Origin: Lama guanicoe
Taxonomy: Eukaryota
Direction of reading: 5' to 3'
DNA: 64,000 nt
Assembly: GCA_013239625.1 (NCBI GenBank)
Contig: MU054391.1
Coordinates: forward strand, 4,857,824 to 4,921,823
Shown: one piece after another, positions 46,290-58,250 of the stretch
Numbering within the stretch: the first letter of the stretch is position 1
Layout of the letters: each line of letters starts with the position of its first letter
Notes under the pieces: model-generated
What the model was told of the DNA's origin: nothing
Databases searched by the model: none
The model's input: only the letters and a program-made list of their open reading frames with translations
Translations under genes and position numbers: made by a program

Positions 46290-46900
46290 AGAAACCAAAA
46301 CAGAGAGAAAGAGGGCAACTTGGAGGAAACAGAGATAAGGCACAGAGAAGAAAACATTGAAAACAGAAAAATGTGAGCCTCCTCAGAGAGATAAGAAGAT
46401 ATGGCATCCATTTTTTAAAAAACAATACTTTTTTCTTAAAAGGGAAGATTTAGAGAAAAAAATAGCCATGGAAAATTTCAAATGTAGGCTCAGAAATAGA
46501 AATCTCATTTATCAGATTGGAAGATAAGAGAGAGAAATAAAAGAAACAGAGCAAAAATTGAGGTTTAGTTCAACAAGTTCAACATGCAAAAATAGAGTTC
46601 AGAGAGAGAAACCAAGAAAAACAGAGGAAAGGAAATTATCAAGATACAATTTAAGAAAATTTCTCAGAACTAAGAGAGTTTCTAGCTTAAAGAACTCACT
46701 GAATGGCCACTGAAAGAGCTGAAAATAGAGTCACCCTAGGTTAAACATCATGAAACTTAAGAACATGCATGACAAACAGAAGGTTCTACAAGTTGTCCAT
46801 GTCAGACATCCAAGGTGTCAAGATATTTACCACATACCTCAGAAAGACACTGGATGATTTTCTCGCCCCAAATAAGAGAAAACCATGAAAAAAAGTCCAT
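46290..46900 (+). mobile_element. HAL1/old L1 ORF1-like degraded fragment
   Basis: A-rich 'ggaaaggaaattatcaaga..aagaaaatttctcagaactaag..catcatgaaactt' resembles ORF1 C-terminal coding sequence. Confidence 0.55.
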
Positions 46901-48028
46901 GGGATGCAACCCAAGGGAAGATCAAAGAGTGAACTTCAGACTTCTGGTTTCAGCTCCAACATGTGAAGAATTTGCGAGTCATCATCCACTAGCCTTACAA
47001 CAACAACAACAACAACGCTGGACAAATAGGAAAACCATGCCTTTCCTTGGACTCCTTAGGGAATTGATGTGTCAGGGCAAAGTGCCACCCCTAAATCTGG
47101 AGAGACAGGTACAACCAGAGTCATAGCCAAGATCTCACCTGGAGCAAAATCTGCTGAAGTCATAAACTGGTAGGGACACTGAAATGGCAATTTTGATGAA
47201 TTGCTGGAGTCTTTCAGTGGGGACTAACTTAAGAGAGAAAACTCACAGAGCTGTGGGATTGGGGAGGGGGGCTCTCACCCTTTTTTGGGCTTTAGTTACA
47301 GGAACCCCACCAAGTTCTCACGATGAAGATCCGAGAAAGATCCCCTACGGCTCTGGAAGGGGGAGGGAGAGGTATCAGGTGGAATATGCCCAGAGTATTC
47401 TCCACAACAAATGCCAGCCCTGCAAGGGAGAAGACTTGGCCAGAGCCTGTCCCACCTGGGGGCGGGGCATTCCTCCCAATCCAGCTCCCTCTGGCCTTCC
47501 TGGATTACCTATCCAGGAAATGGCTGAGGAACATAGTTAACAGGGATCATGGTTTCAAGAAAATAGATTGGGAACACTGTATCCAGGGAAGCAAGTGAAG
47601 GACAAGAAGACAAAACTACCTTGTTTGTGAAAGTCACAGCCTCAAAACACAGGTCCATTAAAGACTGAAATTTAATTAAAAGATAATAGAACACTTTCCC
47701 CTTCCCAACACAGTATCATTGCACCAACAGGGCTCAGGATAATAGCTGGATTACAGCCAGAAGAGCTGCGAGACACAGACCCTCTCTGAGGAGAAGTGAT
47801 TAGGGGATCCCAAAGTCAAGAGGGGAGGGAAACAAGGATATTTGGGGGATCTGAAGCCTCTGGCACCTACAGCAAACATTTAGCACAGCCCAAATTCTAG
47901 CCAGATTTACACAAATCCTCACACTCAAGCCTATTTACCACAGTTCCTTCTACCCAATACGACATGTCTGGCTTTCAACAAGAAAGTATAAGGCATGCCA
48001 AAAAAAAAAAAAAAAAAAAAAAAAAAAC

Positions 48029-48088
48029 NNNNNNNNNNNNNNNNNNNNNNNNNNNNNNNNNNNNNNNNNNNNNNNNNNNNNNNNNNNN
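48029..48088. other. Assembly gap (60 N) between two poly-A tracts
   Basis: N run flanked by A28 (48000-48027) and A17 (48091-48107). Confidence 0.99.
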
Positions 48089-48894
48089 CCAAAAAAAAAA
48101 AAAAAAAGCAAATAAAACCACAGTCTGAAGAGACAAAGCAATCATCAGAACCAGACTCAGATATAACGCAGATGTTGGGATTATCAGACAGGGAATTTTA
48201 AATAACTATGATTAATATGTTAAGGACTCTATTAGCAAAAACAGACAAAAATGCAAGAACATATGGGGAATGTAAGCAGAGAGATGGAAAATTTAAGAAA
48301 GAATCAAAGTAAATGCTAGAAATTAGAAACACTAGATCGTCAAAAACACTGAAATGAAGAATGCCTCTGATGGACTCTTTAGTAGCCTGGACACAGTGAA
48401 GGAAAGAATTAGTGAGCTTGAGGATAAGTCCAAATGAATTTTTCAAACTGAAATGCAAAGAGAAAAACAGAACGAAAAAATGGAGCAAATATCCAAGAAC
48501 TGTGGAACAAGTTCAAAAGGTATAACATATGGATAATTGGAACACCAGAAGGAGAAGATAGAGCAGAAGAAATATTTGAAGCAAAATGGTGAAGAACTTT
48601 CCATAACAGATACCAAATCACAGACCCAGGAAATTCAGAGAATACCAATCAGGATTAACACCAAAAAATCTACACCTAAGCACATCATATTCAAAACTGC
48701 AGAAAATGAAAGATGAAGAGAAAATCTTGAGTTGCAGCCATTTCTGCAGAGAAACAAAGATAATCACTCCATCAGACTTCTTGCCAGAAGCCATGCAAGC
48801 AAGAAGGGACAGGAGTAAAATACTTAAAGAAAAATAAAATAGCAACTCAGAATTCTATATCCAGAGATATTATCCTTCCAAAGTAAAGGAGAAA

Positions 48895-49121
48895 ACTCTT
48901 CAAGTTTTATACACTAATTGCCTATAGCTTTCTGTATGTCAAAAGAAAGGGGGGGAGGACACAAGGAAACTGCTGGAGGTGACGGATGTCATTGCCTGAT
49001 TGTGGTGATGTTCACAGATGTATCCATGTGTCCCAACTCACCATATTATACACTTAAAATATATGCATTCTTTCCTATGTCAGTTATATCTCAATAAAGC
49101 TTTTTCCAATAAATAAATAAG
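48895..49121 (+). mobile_element. L1MA9/L1MB-like 3' end nested in the older L1 ORF1
   Basis: 'acaaggaaactgctggaggtgacggatg..tgattgtggtgatg..cagttatatctcaataaagct'; TSD-like aaaggagaaa 48885-94 / aaagagaaa 49122-30. Confidence 0.8.
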
Positions 49122-50259
49122 AAAGAGAAATAAAAACTTTCTCAATCAGATAAAAACAGAATTCATCCCCAGCCTGCCTGTCTGTCCTGCAAGAAAAGCT
49201 CAAAGAAATTCTTCAGAGAGAAAGAAAATGATACAGGTAAGAAACTCAGAGCTACATAAAAAAGGAAGAGTGTTGGGGAAGGAATAATCAAATCTTAATG
49301 AATAATAGGTAAATAATAAAAGGTAAAATAAAATCTTCTGTTTTCCTTACTTTTAATAGATCTAAAAGATAACCGATTAAAGCAATAATAGTAACAACGT
49401 ATTGGGTAATTATAGCATATGGATAAGGGATATAAAAGCCAGCAATGTTACCAGGGGTAACAGGGAGGAATTCGAAATTGCGGTTAAAAGCTACCTGAGT
49501 GACATGCGAAGTGATACAGTATAAACTGAAGGTGGATGTAGAGTAGCTTAGAATGTATACGTTAAACTCTAAGGCAATCACTATTTAAAAACATTTTAAA
49601 GTATAACTGAAACTCTAAGGAGATGAAATGAAATCATATAAAATACTCAATTAAAACCAGAGAAGATAGAAATGATGGGGGGAAAAGAGACAAAGAAGAA
49701 ATGTAACAATAGTAAGTGGCCAGAAACATGGTTGATATGAATCCAACTGTATCAACAATCACTGGGTCTAAACACACCGATTAAAAGACAGAGTTTAGCA
49801 GAGTGGATAAAAGAAAGACCCAACCATATGCTGAATGCCAGAAACCCACTTTAAGTGTGCAGACACCGATTGAAAGTAAAGGGATGGAGAGAGCACATGC
49901 TAACACTCATCAAAAGAAAGCTGGCGTGGTCACATAGATTTCAGACCACACAGACTTCGAAACAAGGAAGATCATCAGGGGTAAGGGGTGACTTACATAA
50001 TGACAAAGGGGTCAGTTCTCCAAAAAGACATAGAGACCCCTGATACCTATGTACCTAATAACAGAGCATTAAGATGCAAGAGGCAAGAACTGACAGAAGG
50101 TCAGGGAGAAGTAAACACATCTACTGTTGTAGCTGGTGGCCCCGACACCCCTCTCAGTTACTGAAAGTCCGTGAAGACAGAGGTGAACTGGACAGCCTTT
50201 GTGGCCTACTTGACGTTTACAGAGCAGTCCATTCTACAGCAGAACACATACTCTTCTCC

Positions 50260-50515
50260 AAGAGCGTAAGTCAGCTCATATAAAGGTGAGAAACAGCAAA
50301 GCCGATCTGCTATTAGCAGGCAGGATAGTGGTTCGCTTGGGGGAGCAGGAGAAGCGTGGTAACCAGGAGGCACATAAGGGACGGTCCCGGAGTATTAGCA
50401 AAGTTCTACTTGGCAGCTGCATGTGCACTTGATGATAATTCATCGAGACACGCACTCATTCTTTGTGTGCTTTTTTGTATGCATGTTGTGCTTCAAGTAA
50501 GTTAATTTTTTAAAA
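50260..50515 (+). mobile_element. L1ME-like 3' end
   Basis: 'caggatagtggtt..cacttgatgataattcatcgag..tgtgtgcttttttgtatgcatgttgtgcttcaa'. Confidence 0.7.
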
Positions 50516-53500
50516 CCCAGAAAAACAAAGGAATGCCCCAAGATGGTGGAGTTGCCTGTAGGACAGTCAGTACAGATGCCCAAGGGCTGCAGTCCAGCCT
50601 AGAGCAGCTCAGAAGATTCCAGAGTGAGTTATTTCAGGAGGATGAAACTGACCTGCCCCCAAAACATTCAGAATCAGAAGAGGGAAGTATCGCAAGGGCG
50701 GGAGAGGTGGATAGAGATGGGGGTCATATGTCCACAGACTCCCCCAAAGTGCGGATGCTGCCAAGGAACTTCCTTCTCTCCCAGAGGGATGGGGGGAGGG
50801 CAGGTGGACGATTTGATGACTTTGATCAAGACCCACAGGATTAGGCAGAAGGCAGCAGAGCCCCCTGTGCTCCTAGACTTTCCATCAGCTCATACAGTGG
50901 AGTCTGAAGAGGTAGAAATAGGATTTTCCTCCCTAGCAGGCTTTCTTTCACGTAGACGCATCACATATTGTCATGTGGCCTGGTGGCACTTGCTGTCTGA
51001 GTGAAGACAATGACCCTATTCGAATTTCTCAAACTCTTGGAGACAGGTGTTCATTTCAAGTTTAGTCTGGGTGCAGAGCTAAATGCACACCTAGCTCTCT
51101 TGCTGTATCTTCACATTTTTTCCCCTCGTGGATTTAATAAAGGGCTGATTTTCCATTTCCATAATTTTCCATGAAAACAGGCAGAGGCCAAGAGAGCAGA
51201 GATAAACGAGTTATGGAATGCTCTCTCCACACTCTCCACACTCTTTCTCAATCCCAGCATTTACTCACTCTCTCCTCTTTCTAACTAAAGGTGTGTTTAC
51301 TCGGGAAAGGACACACGAGGGAAGAAATAGATGGTTTCAGCAGAGCCACCAACACCTAACAAGGCTGAAAGCCTTCAGCTTCTCCTCGTGCTTTTCCGCT
51401 GCCAGCTGCTGATGCCAAGGAGACGCAGAACGGTCGAGATGCAGACATCAAAGGGGCAGAAGGGAATTCAGCAACTAGATCAATCCACCGTGAAAAATCA
51501 GGAGGCGGGTTTTTTTTTTTTCTGGTCACGTTTTTATAATTAACCTACAAACCTAAATTCTGTGCAAAAGAATCCAGTGCAAAATCCCAAAGTAGTCATC
51601 AGGGTTTCACATTTCAGGCGGACCTCAGCAGTCACTGCTCGCTTCCTCCCAGCCGAAGTCCTCCATCTTCAACCTGTGGCTTTAAATTTAATCCCAGGTC
51701 CCGAGGGGGCCTTATTGCTTTTCTAGTCTGGCCTCCTCATTACACAGATAAGAAAACCCAGGCCCAGGGAGACAGCATTCTGCCCAAGGTCACACAAGGT
51801 CAGAGGCGCTGCTGGAAACAGAACTCGACCCTGCCCTCACCTTTACCTGCGTGTCCCCACCCTGGGAAGGGAAACCCCAGTCCCAAAGTGGCCCGTGCCC
51901 TGCCGCAGCCTGGAGACCCTGCACTCTGACCCCCAGCCCTGCTGCCAGCCCGAAGCTTCTCCCCTCCTCAAAGCTCAGAGCTGCCTCCTCCCTCCCTGTC
52001 AGCACGACCCTTCTCCTCCAGAGGACAGAGGCCACCAGCAGAGACAGCCAGGCCTGCCTCCAACCTGTCTTGTCCCTCCGTCCCCCGAAGGCCATCTCTG
52101 TCTGGGTTTCTGACCGCCCCCTTCCTGCTTCTCGTGGCTCCTGTCACATGGACGAGCTGTCCCTCTCTTTCTCTTTCTCCACCAGCTTCTTAAAATCGAC
52201 TTCCAATGCTGGTATCTCCCATCTCAGAGAACAGCACACGAGCGCCCTGCTCTGGGGCTCTCTGCCTTGGGTGGCCCCCCTGTGAATGTGGTCCCCTGTG
52301 CCCTCACCTCCCTGCACTGACCTTCATGGGATAGGGGAGAGAGGAGCAGCTGGTCCAGGTGACCAGGGTTCAGGTCGGTCAGTTCACATGAGTTCCCAAG
52401 CCTGAGGGAGATGACCTCAAACTGGCGACCTCAGATCCACTGAGCAGGAGCCTGGCATCCCGGCTGCCACGGTCCTCCAGATGACATGGTAAGGATGTGC
52501 TCCCGCCACCAGACCTCTCTGTGCTGTCTGCTCCAGGTCACTTGGGAGTGCCCACAGCCTTCCGGGACCCGAGGAGTAGGGGCCCGACCTTCCACATGAC
52601 TGAACTTTAGATCACCCAGCCCACCCTGGCACCAGAACCGCACTGGGGCCTCGAACCCACAGCCACATGCGCAATGCCACAGACAGACTGCCCGTGAAGA
52701 GCCAGGTGTGACCTGCCGATCCAGGGCTATGCTGGCAGATGCGCCCCCATGTCCTGGTCACAGAGAGCTGCTCCAGCAGGGACCTGTGTTCAGCAGGCTG
52801 CCCTGCACTCAATCATCCTTTGAGAACACAGCCAGCAGCCCCTTGTCCAGGACCAACAGGATCGGAGCCCAGAGAAACCAGTGAACACTGGCCTGGGACT
52901 AAGCCTTCCATTTCAACATGAAGCTGCGACTCTGAGTGTCTGCCAGGCTGAGGCCAGATGTGTGCAGCTGCCCAGGAACTGAGTGTTGGATGTCGTGCAC
53001 ACAGGCCTCGGACGGCTCCCGGCTCAGCTGCTCTTGGTCCCTCCCTCCCTCCTCCTCCCCTTCACTGTCCCTCACAGACATCGTTAAATAGTGGGGAATC
53101 AGGGCCACCATGCACCCCAATGAAACACGTCACTTTCCAGGGACACAGCTCCCCGAAAACTCTGGATGGGGAGGTGACATTGATCTGGGGAGGAGAGCAG
53201 GCGGGAGCAATCAGAGCCTTCCCGAGTCCCGGGAGCCGGAGCAGCAGTGTTAGCTGAGAAGCCACAGTCCTCGGGTGAGTCATGTAAGCACCAGGTCTCC
53301 CATGTCCTCATCTCTAAAATGGGGGCAAGAGCGTACATTGTCTATGCCTCACGGGTGCATTGAAAGGTGAACATCACTTGGCCAGGCAGTTATGATTTTT
53401 CCTCTTCTCTTGGCAAGTCGGCCAGTTTTTAATTATTCCAGACAAACAGAGTAGACTGATTTCATGCCCTCTTGACAGCTCTATTATATTTCCAACAGTC

Positions 53501-53614
53501 ACACTTTATTTCCTTACTTATGGGAGATGTTGGAGAGAAAGTGCCCCAACCCCCACAGGCACCCTATGGCCCCAAATTCCCTCCTTATTTACTGGGCAGA
53601 TACTAATGAAGGCT

Positions 53615-53920
53615 CTTCATTCTGCAAGGGGGAGGGAGATAGTAAATGATAAGCTTAATACACAAATAAGTTACACAGTAGGTTAAAGATTACATGTATT
53701 GATGGTGGGGGAAGGAGTCGGGAAGGGGCCCCTGGGAGGCCGGGGAAACGGGGCAGGCAGTACCTGAATTAGATGGGTCTACGTGGACCTCACTGAGAGA
53801 TGAGATTAGCAAAGGGAGTCAATCACGGGGAAATCTGGGGGAGGACCCTTCCAGACCGAGGGACTCGGAGTTGAGAGCGTGCCCAGCATGTTCACAGCTG
53901 CCCCTGAACCCAGCCATCTG
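53615..53920 (-). mobile_element. L2 fragment
   Basis: 'gacctcactgagagatgagattagcaaagg..ggaaatctgggggaggacccttccagaccgaggga'. Confidence 0.65.
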
Positions 53921-54976
53921 TCTACACCTTGCCCCCTGGTTGGGATCCTGGGCCTCTGTGGGCCACCAGGATAGGGGCCCGGCCTTGCCCCTGTGGTCCA
54001 AGCTGAGACCCTATCTCCTGGCCTACCCAGGCTTCCCTGCTCCTGCTGGAGCTCTCTGTTCCTACAGGAAGACCCCTCAGAGCAAACACACTCAGGACAC
54101 CCATCTTTGCTATTTCCCTTACACCCCGATCAGCCTGCCAGACTGGGTTTTCTCGACCAGCCTGCTACAGTGTCTCACCCTACTCACCTCTGTGGATCCA
54201 GCAGTGGGTCTTAAGGCATGGGTCCAGGTCCCCAGCCCCATCACCTCGGATGCGCCAAGTCATGCAGCTAACCACACACTGCCGACCCAGTCACCACTCA
54301 CGGCCACCAGGAACGGTGGTGGGACTGGAGGTGGCCCTAGGAAGGGGTGGCTGCCTGGATGATGAGTTGGAACAATGGCTGGATGATGGGTGGGTAAGTG
54401 TGGGAAGACGGATGAAGGAGAGACAGGTGGGTCACAGGCGAGCAGGCTCGAGGACAGGAAACAGTCCTATGCTTTCCCAAAAAGGATTCTGAAGAGCAAC
54501 GTCCTCTCACCCTGAAAACACTGTTTCCAGCACCCCCATCCCCACCAACGCAGCCCCCTCAGTTCCCAGCCTTCAGTCCCAGACTCACACCCAAAGTGAC
54601 TTCACCCACCGCCCTGCGTCAGTGGTCGTGGACACGAAGCGGCGTCGTGTATACCATCCAAGCATCAGTGCTGCGCGCGGGGCACCAGTCATTCCCAAAC
54701 GCTACTCAGCAGCAGAATGATTCCTTCAAATGAGAACTCATGAAGAACTCTGGGAGACCAAACAGAAAAGGGAAGCTGGTCTGATTGAGGTGAAAAAAGG
54801 GAACGTGGCTGGAGCGCTCACACTCACCCCCCGCAGACACCCCTTTTCCTCCGCTGGGCATCCCTGAGCTCCACAAACCACCCGGCAGCCCCAGGGCCTC
54901 TCGAGGAGGAAGGAGAGCCCCGGTTCTCCTTGGCCTGTGGTCGGAGCAGAGATACAGGCCCAGCTGAGTCGGTGAG

Positions 54977-54978
<2 letters not shown>

Positions 54979-55028
<50 letters not shown>
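54979..55028. repeat. Compound microsatellite (GT)18(GA)7
   Basis: Perfect repeats read directly from the sequence. Confidence 0.98.
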
Positions 55029-57039
55029 AACGCGGAGAGAGATCTCGAGTCATGTATAATTTAACTCTACAGCTAAACACATAGGCCGTAGTTATGGCCA
55101 TTTCACCAAATGACCATAAAACTACAAGATAAACGGGACATCCCTGGATGACAGGGGTTGTTGTGAGTAGGGAGCGGTGCGATAAAGTGCTATCTGAACC
55201 AGGTCAAGCTGGCAGTGACCCGGGTGGAGCAGACAAACAGAGGAGGACCTGTTTCTCCCCGTCAGCGGCCCCATAAAACCTTCTCCAAGGCTGAGAGCTG
55301 GGCTCCGAGCCCCAGGTCGAGGACAGGTCCCCAGGACTGAAGAACTCGGAGCTTCCTGGGAACCGGGCCTCACGGAGAGCAGCCAAGGGGCACACCCAGC
55401 GCGCGCGCACACAAACACACACACAGGGTTACTCGCACACCTGCACTTTTGATGCCTGCCTTCTAAGTGACCTGCTCAGGGACTTCTTACCCCATGGACA
55501 GACTGACTGGTGTCTACAACGGAACAGCCACATAAAACCTTTTTTTTTTTAATCCATTAAAGAAAGGCTGTAGACTTGGGAGCCTGGGGCTGGCAGAGTG
55601 TGCCGCCAGCAGATCCGGCCCTGGGGGCTTCTCCCGCCGTCAGTCTGGAGGAGGGTCACATTAGCAAAATCACTGCTGCTCCTTCCTCCTGGCCTCGGGG
55701 CTGCCCAAGCAGCCAGGACCAGCCAGGGCTGTCAGGCAGTGGGGGAGCCCAGGAAGGCATCGCAGAAGGACGGCTCACAGAGAGCGGAGGGCTGCCTGAG
55801 GCAGGACAGAGATAGAAGCAGGAGACAGGAAAGTGACAGTTTTAAAGTCAGCAGGGGCATGGTGGGAAGCAACACTCGTCTAAGCACTGACAATGCCAGG
55901 TCCTGTGTCTGACGACACCTTCTCCACAGTCTTCTGAAGCCGGAATCATCTTGTCCAGTTGATGGGGGAAGGAACTGAGACTCAGAGAGGTTAAGACCCT
56001 TGCCCACAGTCACCCAGCTAACACGTGTCAAGGCTGGGAATGAAACCATCCATGAGAGAGAAGCAGAGGGCCAGCAGCAGGGGGCCAGAGGGGCCTGCAC
56101 TTTGTGGCCCTGGTGTCCTGCTGAGTATGTGGGGACCGTGTCCCCTTGGGGCTGCTTCACTCAGCAGAGCAGGACGGAGAAGCCCAGACGCCCCTCCAAG
56201 GGCCCCCGAGGGCACACAGCAGGCCAGGCCCCCCCATCCAAGAGGCATGGGGCTGTGGCTCAGCCGCGGCACACTGGCTCTCCACTTGGGTGACACAGCG
56301 TATCCAGCCAAGTACTGAAGCGGCCCACAGTTTTCCTGTTTTCCCTCTGTGACAAGGAACTCACTGAGCACCTCACTCAGCCATGCTGGCAGAGCTGAAC
56401 TTCTCACAGCCCCACTACTCACCCACGTGCACAGGGTGGGGGGACCCCGGGCCCCGTCAGCAGCGGGGTGAGGGGCAGGAGAGCCGGTGGGCCCGGGCAG
56501 GACCCTGGGGCCACAGGGTCTGGCCGCCCCAGCTGCTACTCGGCCATCAGGAACAGGGGTCGCCAATAGCCCACCCAAGTCTACAATCAGGACCATCGAC
56601 TCAGAATCGCCCCCAGACCCTCTCACCCTGGTTCTCGGAGTGGGGACTCTTGTGGAGGTGGGGGGTGGTCAGAGGACTTTAAATCTGGGTCCTCGTTTCT
56701 CTGGGAACAGCAGCCTGGGGTGACTGGGGGTGTCCTTCCCTAGGAGCAGCCCTGCAGGACTGACCTGTGCTGCACACGCCTCCGATCGTGTCCCCAGCCG
56801 TGGATGGCTACGGTCACCTACCTGATGGGAAGTCGGGGACCAGACTAACTCAGGCACTTGGTACTGACAAGAGTGTGTGTTTCAAGAAGCAGAGTGAGGC
56901 CAAGGTGACTCAGGCACACACTCTTCTCGGAGAGACCAGAGACAGGTGGCTGGTTCTGGTCCTGGGGACAGTGAGTTGGCGAGATGGATTAACCTTCCAC
57001 AGAACTGTTACTTTCCCAGAGGTGACATTTGGGGTATAA

Positions 57040-58250
57040 AGTCATGCCCTTCTTTCTAAAAGCCTTAAGGCTGATGTCTTTTCATTTGATTTGAAGGAAA
57101 GAAATTTTCTCAATTCAATTTTGAAAAAGAATTTTAAATATAGGCCAGATGAACACCCCACTGCCTCAGTGACGCGCTCCGCGCCTTTAAGACATGTCGA
57201 ATTAATGAAAACGCACCTTAAGAGGTTAAGAAGTGCTGCCTGTCACCTCCAGATTTTTTTAGGTGTGTGAACATCCAGCAGTCAGCACGGTTCTAATTTC
57301 GACCTGACAAGTCAGTGTAGCAATATTTAAAATGAGAGACGTGTCAACTTCAGACTTCCCGTCCCTCCCTCCACCTCTACCGGGACTGCCAGTGGCCTCC
57401 GTGCCGCCTGCGTCCGGTTCTGTCTCTGGCGAAAACTGGGAGATGGCAGGACAGCACGTCCATCAGACGTGCGCCCCTTCCGGCCAGCCTCGAAGCTGGT
57501 GTCGAGCAGGAGCGTCAGTAAATGTTTCTAGAGAAAACTCCGCTCTGGCCCGGGGTGAGCCACTCCGGAGGCGCCCTGAGGAGAGGGGAGAGCCTGGCCC
57601 CACACCCTGGGCCTGGATGCCGCGCCCCCAGCCCCACTTGCCACGTGACTCTGCCGAACGCCCGGTCCTTCTGTGCCTCAGATCTCGGGGGATCATTCTA
57701 GAAGCTTTCAAGTCAAGTCCTTGTGAGAATTAAGTGAAATAACAGTGTTCCCGGCCGAGCACAGTCAGCAGCCCACACACCTGAGCTATGATTACAACAA
57801 AAAGGCACGATGCTCAGTCAGTTACTGTGGAGGCGTCACATTAATTAATAGAAAATTTAATGGGAAAGAATAACACTGCCTTTCATAACGTTCTGGTTTA
57901 ATGTATTACCTTAATGATCCTTTTATGGAAATATAAAAGCCGTGGATAAGATCATTCGCTGAGCAAAACATTACAGTAAGCGTCTCTGCACATTATACTT
58001 TGATTCAAAATTTATTTTAAAGGGCACTGAACTACCCTTATCATGTATTAATAGTCTTACGGGCAGGATGTACTCATTTTTAAGGATTCAGGGAATGAGA
58101 TTTTTACTCATAAAATCATAGAACATGTGCCAATGAACAGGCTACTGCAATGGGTTTTATTGATTTCGCAACTAAAAAGTCTCAAAAGTTTATTTTTCCA
58201 AAAACATTTAACTTTAAAAGTTCCTATTCTGGCACTTCTTAAGTATGACC
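57040..58250. promoter_or_regulatory. Candidate conserved enhancer block(s) rich in homeodomain/HOX/MEIS motifs
   Basis: AT-rich non-repeat islands at 57040-57350 and 57830-58250; TTAATTAA 57841, TTTTATGG 57921, CTCATAAAA 58107, TTTTATTG 58155, several TGACA/TGTCA. Confidence 0.45.

Larger units (their letters stand above)
46935..50242 (+). mobile_element. Old L1 (L1MC/MD-type) 5' half: 5' UTR, ORF1 and start of the ORF2 endonuclease, pseudogenised
   Basis: 5' UTR 'gacttctggtttcagctccaacatgt'; ORF1-like KNASDGLFSSLDTVKERISELED at about 48357-48425; EN-like GLNTPIKRQSLAEWIK at about 49765 and LKVKGW at about 49870. Confidence 0.88.

Noticed and set aside
48198..48845. Hydrophobic, membrane-protein-like minus-strand ORFs
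   Set aside because: Antisense translation of the A-rich L1 ORF1
52155..52216. Polypyrimidine tract plus CAG acceptor, a possible micro-exon
   Set aside because: The following donor (GTATCT) is weak and I recognise no peptide
56074..56087. CTCF-like motif GCAGCAGGGGGCCA
   Set aside because: Mismatches at informative positions; partial matches are frequent in GC-rich DNA
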